Assembly (NCBI GenBank): GCA_964291625.2
Contig: OZ220089.1
Location: 544,001-608,000, forward strand
Reading direction: 5' to 3'
DNA: 64,000 nucleotides
DNA from: Candidatus Latescibacterota bacterium
Lineage (GTDB): Bacteria > Latescibacterota > UBA2968 > UBA8231
Part shown: positions 1 to 9,157 of the stretch, one piece after another
Numbering within the stretch: the first letter of the stretch is position 1
Layout of the letters: every line of letters starts with the position of its first letter
The notes under the pieces: generated by a model
Databases searched by the model: none
The model's input: only the letters and a program-made list of their open reading frames with translations
Told to the model about the DNA's origin: nothing
Translations under genes and position numbers: made by a program

Positions 1-62
1 GGCGGGTGGGACGGTCCGCGGTGGCGGCGGCGCGGGAGAGGTGAGGGGGGTGGAGGCCTGCT

Positions 63-91
63 TTGACGCTGTCCCGACCCCTGGGTATACT
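63..91 (+). promoter_or_regulatory. sigma70-type promoter for clpP
   Basis: TTGACG(63-68)-17 bp-TATACT(86-91). It lies inside the track ORF start at 41, so the real start is downstream. Confidence 0.75.
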
Positions 92-133
92 CGCAGGCCG
101 CACCGCGCAAGAGATCCCCGGAGAGAGATGAGG

Positions 134-745
134 ATGGCAGAGACGGAGAAGGAAGAGGGACTGCTGAAGGAGTTCAGCGAGCGCAACATCGAGCACTCGC
201 TGCTGAAGGCCCGCAAGATCTTCCTGTGGTCGCCGGTGGACGACGACTCGGCCAGGGCGGTGGTGACTCGGCTGCTGTCCCTCGACGCCGAGGACGGCGA
301 GACCGAGATCGTCCTCTACATCAACAGCCCCGGCGGCTCGGTCCACGACGGCCTGGCGATCTACGACGCCATGCAGGCGGTGCGCGCCCCGGTGTCGACG
401 GTCTGCACCGGCCTAGCGGCGAGCATGGGGGCGGTGCTGCTGGCCGGCGGCGAGAAGGGCCGCCGCTTCACCTGGCCCCACGCGCGCCTCATGATCCACC
501 AGCCCCTGCTCCTGGGGACGATCACCGGGCGGGCCACCGACCTGGACATCCAGGCCCGCGAGATGATCCGCACCCGCGAGGAGATCCACCGCCTCCTCGC
601 CCTGCACACGGGTCAGGAGGAGGAGAAGATCGCCCAGGACACCGACCGCGACTTCTACATGTCCCCCCAGGAGGCCCGGGAGTACGGCCTCATCGACGAC
701 GTCGTCTCCAGCAGCGCCCTGCCGTCGCCCAACGGACAGAGCTGA
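134..745 (+). CDS. clpP: ATP-dependent Clp protease proteolytic subunit
   Basis: YINSPGGSV, GLAASMG (catalytic Ser), MIHQP (His), DTDRDFYMS (Asp). Start is ATG 128 or 134 after a GA-rich RBS. Confidence 0.95.
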   Translation: MAETEKEEGLLKEFSERNIEHSLLKARKIFLWSPVDDDSARAVVTRLLSLDAEDGETEIVLYINSPGGSVHDGLAIYDAMQAVRAPVSTVCTGLAASMGAVLLAGGEKGRRFTWPHARLMIHQPLLLGTITGRATDLDIQAREMIRTREEIHRLLALHTGQEEEKIAQDTDRDFYMSPQEAREYGLIDDVVSSSALPSPNGQS

Positions 746-794
746 GGGAGGCCAGCCCCACGATGCCGCGCCCCTGCCCGGGGGTGCGGCATTC

Positions 795-1607
795 CTATGT
801 CTGGCAGCGGGTGCAGTAGAAGGTGGAGCGGCCGGCGATGGCGCGGTTGCGCAGCGGCCGATCGCAGACCAGGCAGCCCTCGCCGGCGCGCCCGTACACG
901 GCCAGCTCCTGCTGGAAGCGCCCCCCGGCCCCCGAGCCCAGGTAGTCGCTGATCGTGGTGCCGCCCTGGGCCACGGCCCGCTGAAGGACCGTCTTGATCT
1001 CCTCCACCAGGCGTTCGGCGCGCCGGGGGCCGATGCGGCCGGCCGGCGTGGTGGGGCGGATGCGCGCCCCGAAGAGGGCCTCGCAGGCGTAGATGTTGCC
1101 GAGGCCGGCCACCACCCGCCCGTCGAGGAGGAGGCTCTTGATCGGCCGGCTGCGCCCCCGGGCGGCGCGGCGCAGGTACCCGGCGTCGAAGTCGTCGGAG
1201 AGGGGCTCCACCCCGAGGCGGCGGAGCCAGGGGCTGCGCTCCAGCTGCCGGGGGGTCAGGACCTGGAAGAGCCCGAACCGCCGGGTGTCGGCGTAGACCA
1301 GGGGAGGCCCCTCGTCGAGGGTGAGGACGACGTGGTCGTGGAGGAGCCGCCCGCCATCGCGGAAGACGAGGTTCCCCGACATGCCGAGATGGACGAGAAG
1401 CGTGCGCCCGGAGGAGAGCTGCAACAGCAGGAACTTGGCCCGCCGCCGGGCGCCGGTGAAGCGCTCCCCGGCCAGGGAGCGCACCCGGGCCCGGGAGAGG
1501 GGCTCCCGCAGGCGCAGGCCGCTGGTCCAGGCGCCGGTCACGGTGCGGCCCACCAGGTGGGCGGCCATGGCGGCGCGGACGGTCTCGACTTCGGGCAGCT
1601 CGGGCAT
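795..1607 (-). CDS. mutM: Formamidopyrimidine-DNA glycosylase (Fpg)
   Basis: N-terminal MPELPEVE, HLGMSG, H2TH GLGNIYACE, C-terminal zinc finger CLVC...CTRCQ. Confidence 0.96.
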   Translation of the reverse strand: MPELPEVETVRAAMAAHLVGRTVTGAWTSGLRLREPLSRARVRSLAGERFTGARRRAKFLLLQLSSGRTLLVHLGMSGNLVFRDGGRLLHDHVVLTLDEGPPLVYADTRRFGLFQVLTPRQLERSPWLRRLGVEPLSDDFDAGYLRRAARGRSRPIKSLLLDGRVVAGLGNIYACEALFGARIRPTTPAGRIGPRRAERLVEEIKTVLQRAVAQGGTTISDYLGSGAGGRFQQELAVYGRAGEGCLVCDRPLRNRAIAGRSTFYCTRCQT

Positions 1608-1714
1608 GGAGGCTCTCGCGGCGCGTCATGGTACCCGGCCCCCGGGTGGCGGGCAAGGCAAGGATTGTTACATTCGCCGGCCCCTCACCAGACACCAATG
1701 GAGACCAAGACTGC

Positions 1715-3016
1715 ATGGACCTGACACGCCAACCCCCCCGACGCCCCTCCAACACCGGCATGGCCGGGATCACCGGCCTGGCGCGCATGGCCGACAAGGC
1801 CCGTGGCCATAGGGCCGAGACGATCGGCGAGTTCAAGTACGGCGACGACTCCGGCCTCGACCGGGAGGTCCTCGCCCTCATCGGCGTGGGCGCCGACGAC
1901 TTCGCCGACGCCGCCGAGAGCATGTGGGACCGCGAGCTGGACGACTGGGTGCGCGGCCGGATGACCTGCTCGCAGGAGGAGATCGAGAGCTTCAACCAGG
2001 AGCAGACGACGAAGGTGCCCCAGGACGACCTGCACCGCCGGCTGCTGAAGGAGCGGCTGGCGAAGTACGCCCCCGGAAACACCGAGATCACCACCGTCTT
2101 CGCCTCCATCGAGCTCGACGACTGGGGCGCCTTCCGCGACGAGGACCTGACGGCGCGCCCCCCGCGCTCGGGATACGTGCGCAGCGTCCTCGGCATGGTG
2201 GCTACGGCCCGCATGGCCGACAAGGCGCGGGCCCACCGCGCCGGACGCATGGGCGACTACCGGTACGGGGATGACTCCTTCTTCGACCGCACCCTCCTGG
2301 AGTTCCTCGGCCTGTCGGCCGCCGACTTCGAGGAGGGGGCCTGGCGCAACCCCAACGACACCGAGCTGGGCGAGTGGATCCTGGAGCGCGTCGAGGCGCC
2401 CGCGCCGGGGGCGGTCTCGGCCCTGAACGCCCGCCTCGCCCGCCACGGCGAGGGCCACCCCGACTGGGCGGAGCGCTTCCGCCAGCGCCGCGACGAGATC
2501 TGCCCCGAGCGCAAGGACGTGACCACCTACTTCGAGCTGCAGGACATCGACGACCAGGCCTGCTTCGGCCTCGTCGACCTGAACCTGCGGGCGCCCCGCA
2601 GCCCCTACGACGCGAGCCTGGGGGGCCTCCTCTGCCTGGCGCGCATGGTCGACAAGGGGCGTGCCCACAACGCCGGCCGGCTGGGCGACTACTGGTTCGG
2701 CGGGGACTCCGGCCTGGACCGCCGGCTGCTGGAGCACCTCGGCCTCTCGCACGAGGAGTTCGCCGCCGGCCTGAAGGAGCACGCCGACGACGAGGCCGTC
2801 CTCGCCTGGCTGGGGGACCGGGTGGGCGGCGAGGAGGAGAAGGCCGCCCTCAACGCGACCCTGCAGGGCCTGGCGCCCTCGTCGGACCGCATGAAGAGCT
2901 ACCTCACCCGCGCCGTCCGCGGCCTCGACCCCGGCCGCTGGGACGTGAACAGCTTCCTGGCCCTCACCGAGCTGGACGACGAGATCACCTTCGCCCGCCT
3001 GCGCGCCCGGGTCTGA
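1715..3016 (+). CDS. Protein with three tandem DUF5069-like domains (433 aa)
   Basis: Three copies of DL..(P)PR.....G...LARM.DK.RA...G..G.Y.YG.DS..DR.LL..LG. ATG 1715 follows a GGAGA RBS. Confidence 0.75.
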   Translation: MDLTRQPPRRPSNTGMAGITGLARMADKARGHRAETIGEFKYGDDSGLDREVLALIGVGADDFADAAESMWDRELDDWVRGRMTCSQEEIESFNQEQTTKVPQDDLHRRLLKERLAKYAPGNTEITTVFASIELDDWGAFRDEDLTARPPRSGYVRSVLGMVATARMADKARAHRAGRMGDYRYGDDSFFDRTLLEFLGLSAADFEEGAWRNPNDTELGEWILERVEAPAPGAVSALNARLARHGEGHPDWAERFRQRRDEICPERKDVTTYFELQDIDDQACFGLVDLNLRAPRSPYDASLGGLLCLARMVDKGRAHNAGRLGDYWFGGDSGLDRRLLEHLGLSHEEFAAGLKEHADDEAVLAWLGDRVGGEEEKAALNATLQGLAPSSDRMKSYLTRAVRGLDPGRWDVNSFLALTELDDEITFARLRARV

Positions 3017-3020
3017 ACCA

Positions 3021-3755
3021 ATGGCAGGGCGGGCGGAGCGGCCCCTCATCGGGATCACCACCTCGCTCTCGGGCCAGGAGGGTGAGAGCCGCCAGGTGCT
3101 CGACCGAGCCTACGTGGAAGCCGTGGAGCGCGCCGGGGGCTGTCCCGTGGTGGTGCCGGTGTCGGCTTCGGCCGAGAGCCTGCGGCCCCTGGGCCGGATC
3201 CTGGACGGCCTGGTGATCACCGGCGGCCCGGGCATCACCGACGGGCTGGTGGGGAACCTGCCCGAGGACCTGCCGCCCACGCCGGAGATTCGCACGCAGA
3301 CCGATACCCGGGCCTTCGAGGCCGTGCGCGGCCGTGACCGCCCCGTCCTCGGCGTCTGCTACGGCATGCAGTTCATCAACGCCCGCCTCGGCGGCACGAT
3401 CTGGGCCGACGCCCAGGCCCAGCTCGGGGCCGGACCCCACTCGACGGGGCGCAACAACGGCGAGCCGGTCTTCCACGACGTGGAGGTGACGGCCGGCTCC
3501 CGGCTGGCGGAGCTGGCCGCCGGCGAGCGGCGCGTCAACAGCCACCACGTGCAGGCCGTTGAGCGGGTCGGCCGCGGCCTGCGGGTGAGCGCCCGCAGCC
3601 CCGACGGCGTCATCGAAGGCCTGGAGAGCGACGACGGCGGCCTCATGGGGGTCCAGTTCCACCCCGAGAGGATGGCGGGCACCGCCTGGGAGAGGCTCTT
3701 CGAGGACCTGGTGCGCCGGGCCCGTCAGCCCGACCGCCAGCTCTCCCCGTCCTGA
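3021..3755 (+). CDS. Peptidase C26 / gamma-glutamyl-gamma-aminobutyrate hydrolase family (class I glutamine amidotransferase)
   Basis: RPLIGIT, DGLVITGG, LGVCYGMQ (nucleophile Cys), VNSHHVQAV, GVQFHPE. Confidence 0.9.
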   Translation: MAGRAERPLIGITTSLSGQEGESRQVLDRAYVEAVERAGGCPVVVPVSASAESLRPLGRILDGLVITGGPGITDGLVGNLPEDLPPTPEIRTQTDTRAFEAVRGRDRPVLGVCYGMQFINARLGGTIWADAQAQLGAGPHSTGRNNGEPVFHDVEVTAGSRLAELAAGERRVNSHHVQAVERVGRGLRVSARSPDGVIEGLESDDGGLMGVQFHPERMAGTAWERLFEDLVRRARQPDRQLSPS

Positions 3756-4444
3756 CGGCTGTCGACCTGGATCAGCTCGTCCCGCTCCAGGACCCAGGCG
3801 CTCAGCCTCCCCCCGTACACGCATCCCGAGTCCAGTCCCACCGCCCACGGCCGTCCACCCTCTTCCGGGTCCCGCCGCCTGACCACGAGTCCGCCCACCG
3901 CGTCGTGGCCGAAGACGATCACCCGGCCGGGCAGGGGCTCGATGGCGTCGTGCCACCGCCAGCCGTCGAGGCCGCCGTCGGGGGGCCAGGTGCGGATGGT
4001 GAGGAACTCGTCGCGCGAGGTGCCGGCGGGACCCCGCTCCGGGTGGATGCCGGCGTGGGCCAGCAGAAACCCCTCTCCCTCGATCGACAGCGGCGTCCGC
4101 TCCAGCCACTGCAGCAGCTCGTCGAGGACGAGCCGCAGGGCCTCGAAGGTGCGGCGCTGGTCCGGACGCCCGAAGCGGACTTCCCTCCCGGCGCGGTGAT
4201 CCCGCATCTGCGCCATGAGGCGGTCGTCGTGGTTTCCGAGGACCATCTCGGCGCCGGTGTCGCGAAGGATCTCCCAGACCCGCAACGGCTCCGGGCCGCG
4301 GCTGAAGGCGTCGCCCGTGAGCAGCAGGCGGTGCGACGACGGGGAGTACCCGGCGCGATGCAGCAGTTCCTCGAACTCGACGGCACAGCCGTGGACATCG
4401 CCTACGAAGAGGGTGTCCCGGCGGGGTTCATGGAGGTGTCTCAT
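3725..4444 (-). CDS. Metallophosphoesterase, ApaH/PrpE (Ap4A hydrolase / Ser-Thr phosphatase)-like
   Basis: VGDVHGC, GDAFSRGP, LGNHD, HAGI, VFGHDA, GLDSGCVYGGRLSA motifs. Confidence 0.88.
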   Translation of the reverse strand: MRHLHEPRRDTLFVGDVHGCAVEFEELLHRAGYSPSSHRLLLTGDAFSRGPEPLRVWEILRDTGAEMVLGNHDDRLMAQMRDHRAGREVRFGRPDQRRTFEALRLVLDELLQWLERTPLSIEGEGFLLAHAGIHPERGPAGTSRDEFLTIRTWPPDGGLDGWRWHDAIEPLPGRVIVFGHDAVGGLVVRRRDPEEGGRPWAVGLDSGCVYGGRLSAWVLERDELIQVDSRQDGESWRSG

Positions 4445-4500
4445 TCTTTGTAAATCTGGTGAACGGGCCGTACCATGGGAACCACCAAAGGAGGAGCGTC

Positions 4501-5445
4501 ATGCGCACCTGCCTCGCCTCCCTGCTGGCCCTGAGCGCCTTCCAGGGCCTCGCCACCGGCACCCACGCCCACGTGGGCGACGAGATCTACCCCTTCTTCG
4601 AGTTGCTCGACGAGGACCTGGACCGCATCGACCTGACCGACGGCAGCGTCGAGGACTGGCTCGAGGTCATCGGCGAGCCCCCGCTCACGGCCGTCGACTT
4701 CTACTGGGGGTACTGGGGAGAAATGGCATACGATCCATCAGACGTGGACTTCCGCATCTGGCTCGCCTGGCACGAGGACAGCAGCACCCTATGGATCGCC
4801 ATGGAGCGCTTCGACGATCTCTACCTCAACTTCTACGACGGAGAAGGACCCTACAGACCGTATGAGATGCAACTATGGGACTCCAGCATCCGGTTCATGG
4901 TCGACGGCGACCATACCGGCGGGACGTACAGCTACTTTCTCGGAAGGAACTGCCATGACTGCACGCCCGACCAGGTCCTGGAGAACTACCGGCAGGCCCA
5001 GGAGTGGGTGGCGATCGCCGAGACGCCTGACGGCGAGCATCTCGAGCACTACGGGCCCAGCGAGTGGGTGGTTGGGGAGCCATATGCCGACGCGGGGGGC
5101 GGCGTCATCGGCAAGACCCCGGCGACGACCGTTACCGAGTTCAGGGTGACGCCCTTCGACGATCTGATCTACAACGACGAGGCCTCCTCCGAAGCTTCAC
5201 AACTCTACCCGGGCAAGACGATCGGGTTCTCGATAGCCACGCGGGACTACGACGATACCGAATGGAAGGATGGGCATGGTCCAGTCGCGACCCCAATGTC
5301 GCTGACCGGTACGACGCAATCCCTGATCCACGCCGACTTCTTCGTCGACGGCCTGCTCATCGGCGCCGGCGATGATCCATCCCTCTACGACGACGCTTCC
5401 GCCGTGGAACCCTCCTCCTGGGCGCGAATCAAGGCGAGCTTCTGA
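4501..5445 (+). CDS. Secreted acidic protein (possible CBM9/DOMON-like fold) with C-terminal SAVEPSSWARIKASF tail; paralog of 34750-35658
   Basis: AAGGAGGAG RBS before ATG 4501; signal peptide ending THA-H; motifs shared with the paralog (VEDW, YDP.D.D.RIW, DGDHTGG.Y, VTPFDDLI, FVD..LIG). The fold is inferred. Confidence 0.75.
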   Translation: MRTCLASLLALSAFQGLATGTHAHVGDEIYPFFELLDEDLDRIDLTDGSVEDWLEVIGEPPLTAVDFYWGYWGEMAYDPSDVDFRIWLAWHEDSSTLWIAMERFDDLYLNFYDGEGPYRPYEMQLWDSSIRFMVDGDHTGGTYSYFLGRNCHDCTPDQVLENYRQAQEWVAIAETPDGEHLEHYGPSEWVVGEPYADAGGGVIGKTPATTVTEFRVTPFDDLIYNDEASSEASQLYPGKTIGFSIATRDYDDTEWKDGHGPVATPMSLTGTTQSLIHADFFVDGLLIGAGDDPSLYDDASAVEPSSWARIKASF

Positions 5446-5447
5446 AC

Positions 5448-6929
5448 ATGCTCTTCATCGACGACCACCACATCCACTCCAGCCGCGGCGTCGTCCGGCG
5501 GGTCCACCGGCTGGACAAGCACCCCGACAACCCGGTGAAGCACTTCACCGATCCCTGGGGCTCGACGCTGGCCAACCACGGCGGCTTCGAGATCGATCCG
5601 GCCACGGGCGAGTTCGTCCTCTGGTACTCCACGCGGCCCCTCGATCCGGAGGGCGTGACCGACGCCCGCTTCATCTGCCAGGCCCGCTCCGACGACGGCG
5701 TCCACTGGGAGACGCCGCCCCTGGGGCTGTTCGAGTTCCGCGGCAGCCGCGACAACAACATCTGCGTCGTCAACTACCCGTACTCCGGCGTCTACCCCGG
5801 GCCCCACGAGCTGTCCGGGCCGTGCATCGCCCGCGACCCCCTCGACCCGGACCCCTCGGCCCGCTACAAGATGGCCCTGTGGCGCTACAACCGGGACCAC
5901 GACCCGGAGACCGGGAAGCGGCTCTACGAGTCGAAGGACACGCCGTACCCGACGGGTCTCTACACGAACACCTCCCCCGACGGCATCCACTGGCCGGCCC
6001 GCGAGCGGCTCGTGCATACCCACGCCGACGGCTTCGGCGACACCTACACCTGGATGCTGGACACCCTTCGCGGCGGCTACCGCCTCTTCGGCAAGCGCCT
6101 CTACTGGGACAACCGCTGGGCCAGCGGCAAGGTGCGCGACGGCGAGCCCGGCACCTGGGTGCGCCTGCGCCACACCTGCTCGAGCCCCGACTTCGCCTCG
6201 TGGTCGCCCCACGTGCCGATCCTGCCCATCGACGAGCACGACCGGCCCCGGGACCAGGTCTACATGAACAACGGCTTCGTGTACGACGACATGTACCTCG
6301 GCTTCGCCCAGATCCTGCACGCCCTCGACGACTGGGCCATGGACCTGGATCTGGCCTGCTCCCGCGACGGCGAGGAGTGGCTGCGGCCCCCCGAGGCGCG
6401 GTGCATCATCCCGCGGGGCGAGGGCACGGCCTGGGACAGCGGCCGCATGGCGATCTTCCCCTCGGCGCCGGTGCCGCGGGAGGGGCGGCTCCACTTCTAC
6501 TACACCTCCGCCGCCCAGTACCACTCGCCGGCGCCGAAGCGCGAGATCCCTCCCGGGGTGGAGAAGCCCCCCGGCCTGTGCCTGGCGACGCTGCGGCAGG
6601 ACGGGTTCGCCGGGATGCGCGCCGATGGCGGGGGCCTGATCCGCACGCGGCCCCTGCGCATCGACCACCCTGACCTGCTGGTCAACGTCGACGCCGGCGC
6701 AGGGGGCTCCTGCCGGGTGGGACTGCTCGACGAGGGCGGCGCCCCTCTGGCCGGGTACGGCCCGGACGACATGGAGCCGATCCGCGGGGACCACCTCGGC
6801 CAGCCCCTGCGCTGGCGCGACCGGGACTCGGTGGCGGGCCTTCACGGCCGCTGGATCACCCTCGAGGTGCATCTGCAGGGCGCCGAGTTGTTCGCCGTCC
6901 ACAACCGGAACGCCGCGCCCCGGGGCTGA
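5448..6929 (+). CDS. Five-bladed beta-propeller glycoside-hydrolase-like protein (GH32/GH43/GH117-like)
   Basis: KHPDNPV; Asp-box-like ARSDDGVHW, TSPDGIHW, SSPDFASW, CSRDGEEW; LATLRQDGF before a beta-sandwich C-terminus. No signal peptide. Confidence 0.7.
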   Translation: MLFIDDHHIHSSRGVVRRVHRLDKHPDNPVKHFTDPWGSTLANHGGFEIDPATGEFVLWYSTRPLDPEGVTDARFICQARSDDGVHWETPPLGLFEFRGSRDNNICVVNYPYSGVYPGPHELSGPCIARDPLDPDPSARYKMALWRYNRDHDPETGKRLYESKDTPYPTGLYTNTSPDGIHWPARERLVHTHADGFGDTYTWMLDTLRGGYRLFGKRLYWDNRWASGKVRDGEPGTWVRLRHTCSSPDFASWSPHVPILPIDEHDRPRDQVYMNNGFVYDDMYLGFAQILHALDDWAMDLDLACSRDGEEWLRPPEARCIIPRGEGTAWDSGRMAIFPSAPVPREGRLHFYYTSAAQYHSPAPKREIPPGVEKPPGLCLATLRQDGFAGMRADGGGLIRTRPLRIDHPDLLVNVDAGAGGSCRVGLLDEGGAPLAGYGPDDMEPIRGDHLGQPLRWRDRDSVAGLHGRWITLEVHLQGAELFAVHNRNAAPRG

Positions 6930-7057
6930 GACCGCGGGGCTCTCAGCCGCTCCTCGTCCACGATCGCGCAGGGCCTCGGGTTCGGACAGAGCGGGGGCTT
7001 GCCCGGTCCCCGGGCCGTGGGGGTTCCACCATCCCGCCCATCCCTTAGTTTCCTCTC

Positions 7058-9001
7058 ATGCTCTCCGTCTCGAACCTCGCCAAGGTCTACGGCGACCGCA
7101 CCCTCTTCGCCGATGTCTCCCTCATGCTCAACGCCGGGGAGCGCTACGGACTGGTGGGCGCCAACGGCTCCGGCAAGACGACGCTGCTCAACATCCTCGC
7201 CGGTGAGCTGGAGCCCAGCGACGGCGAGATCAGCCTGCCCAAGCGGGCCCGCGTCGGCGTTCTCAGCCAGGACCAGTTCCTCTACGAGGAGCACTCCATC
7301 CTCAACGTGACCCTCATGGGCCACCGCGAGCTGTGGCAGGTCCTGACCGAGAAGGAGACCCTGCTGGCGAAGGCCGGGGAGAGCTTCGACGCCGACCGCT
7401 TCGCCGAGCTGGAGGCCCGGACCGAGCGCCTTGACGGGTACACCGCCGAGGCCCGGGCGGCGGCCATCCTCGAGGGTCTCGGACTGCCGGCGCGGGTCCA
7501 CCACGATCCCCTGTCGACCCTGTCGGGCGGCTTCCGGCTGCGCGTGCTGCTGGCCCAGGTGCTGGCCGGGGACCCCGACGCCCTGCTCCTCGACGAGCCC
7601 ACCAACCACCTGGACATCCTCGCCATCCGCTGGCTGGAGACGTGGCTGCGCGACTTCCCGGGGATGCTGGTGGTCATCTCCCACGACCACCGGTTCCTCG
7701 ACAACGTGGCCACCCGCATCCTCGACGTCGACTACGAGACGGTGCAGCTCTACACCGGGGACTACACCGCCTTCCTCAAGGCCAAGGTGGGCGAGCGCGA
7801 ACGGCGGGAGAAGGAGATCGCCAGCCGCGAGCGCGAGATCGCCCACCACCAGCAGTTCGTCGACCGCTTCCGCGCCAAGGCGACGAAGGCGCGCCAGGCG
7901 ACGAGCAAGCTGCGGACGATCGAGAAGATCACCGAGGGCATGGAGGAGCTGCCCGTCAGCTCGCGCCGCTACCCCACCTTCAAGCTCGCCCAGCGGCGCG
8001 ACAGCGGCCACCAGGTGCTCACCGTGAAGGGCGTGAAGAAGGCCTTCGGCGACAACGAGGTCCTCCACGGGGTCGATCTCTCCGTTCAGCGCGGCGACCG
8101 GCTGGCGATCATGGGCGCCAACGGCATCGGCAAGTCGACCCTGCTCAAGATCGTCATGGGCGATCTGGCCCCCGACGCCGGCACCGTGGAGTGGGGCTAC
8201 GAGACCCACCCCGGCTACTTCGCCCAGGACCACCGCGAGCGCTTCCAGCCGGAGATCACCGCCGAGGCCTGGGCGTGGGAGACCTGTCCCGACCAGTCGA
8301 TCAGCTTCGTGCGCGGCCACCTGGGCCTGGTGCTGTTCTCCGGCGACGACGTGGAGAAGCGCCTCCGCGATCTCTCCGGCGGCGAGGCGACGCGCCTCGT
8401 GTTCTGCCGGCTGGCCATGGAGCGGCCCAACGTGCTCGTCCTCGACGAGCCCACGAACCACCTCGATCTCGAGTCGATCCACGCCCTCGTCGAGGGTCTG
8501 CAGTCCTACCAGGGCACGGTCCTCCTCGTCTCCCACGACCGCTGGCTCGTCAGCCGGCTGGCGACCCGGATCGTCGAGATCCGTGAGGACGAGATCCGCG
8601 ACTTCCACGGCAGCTACGAGGAGTACGTGAGCTACTGCGGCGACGATCACCTCGACGCCGACCAGGTGGTCCTCAAGGCGCACAGCCAGCGGCGGCGCAA
8701 GGCGGAACCCGGCCCCGGCGGCAACGGCCGGAGGCGGTCCCGCAAGGCGGCGGGCGAGGGGCGGGAGCAGCGGCAGGCCGAGCGCCGGGAGGAGAAGCTG
8801 GCGGGGCTGCTGGAGCGCGTGGAGACGGCCGAGTCCCGCCTCCGCGAGATCGACGCGGCCTTCTGCGAGTCCGGCTTCTACGCGAAGACGCCGCCCGGGG
8901 AGGTCCGCCGGCTGAAGGAGGAGCGCTCCCGCCTGGAGCGCCGGGTCTCGGACCTCACGGCGCGCTGGGAGAGCCTCGCCGAGGAGTCCGGCGCCGGCTG
9001 A
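7058..9001 (+). CDS. ABC-F family ATPase (YbiT/Uup-like) with C-terminal coiled coil
   Basis: Two Walker A motifs (GANGSGKT, GANGIGKS), LSGG signatures, two LDEPTNHLD, no TM segments. Possibly leaderless: TAGTTT at 7046-7051 and no RBS. Confidence 0.93.
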   Translation: MLSVSNLAKVYGDRTLFADVSLMLNAGERYGLVGANGSGKTTLLNILAGELEPSDGEISLPKRARVGVLSQDQFLYEEHSILNVTLMGHRELWQVLTEKETLLAKAGESFDADRFAELEARTERLDGYTAEARAAAILEGLGLPARVHHDPLSTLSGGFRLRVLLAQVLAGDPDALLLDEPTNHLDILAIRWLETWLRDFPGMLVVISHDHRFLDNVATRILDVDYETVQLYTGDYTAFLKAKVGERERREKEIASREREIAHHQQFVDRFRAKATKARQATSKLRTIEKITEGMEELPVSSRRYPTFKLAQRRDSGHQVLTVKGVKKAFGDNEVLHGVDLSVQRGDRLAIMGANGIGKSTLLKIVMGDLAPDAGTVEWGYETHPGYFAQDHRERFQPEITAEAWAWETCPDQSISFVRGHLGLVLFSGDDVEKRLRDLSGGEATRLVFCRLAMERPNVLVLDEPTNHLDLESIHALVEGLQSYQGTVLLVSHDRWLVSRLATRIVEIREDEIRDFHGSYEEYVSYCGDDHLDADQVVLKAHSQRRRKAEPGPGGNGRRRSRKAAGEGREQRQAERREEKLAGLLERVETAESRLREIDAAFCESGFYAKTPPGEVRRLKEERSRLERRVSDLTARWESLAEESGAG

Positions 9002-9157
9002 GCCGGGAGGTCCGGCGGGCTACGGGGGCGGCGGGTCCCCGGGCTCGGCTGGAGCGCCAGGTCTCGGACCTCACGGCGCGGTGGGAGAGACTCGGCGAGG
9101 AGTCCGGCACCGGGTAGCGGCAGGTCCGGCCCGGCTACGGGGCCGGGGGCTCGGCTG
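8933..9157. repeat. Diverged tandem direct duplication (116-bp period) across the convergent gene junction
   Basis: Copy 1 from 8933: ctggagcgccgggtctcggacctcacggcgcgctgggagagcctcgccgaggagtccggc. Copy 2 from 9049: ctggagcgccaggtctcggacctcacggcgcggtgggagagactcggcgaggagtccggc. Confidence 0.92.

Noticed and set aside
41-133. Track N-terminal extensions (clpP from 41; also 1628, 11240, 15603, 24558, 25829, 35723, 41587, 58066, 61012)
   Set aside because: They overlap promoters or neighbouring genes. RBS position, gene coupling and family N-termini support the later starts given in the features.
8933-9157. Duplication as attL/attR of an integrated element or as a DGR template/variable repeat pair
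   Set aside because: The copies are directly adjacent with no cargo between them, no integrase or reverse transcriptase is in the window, and the differences are not adenine-specific.
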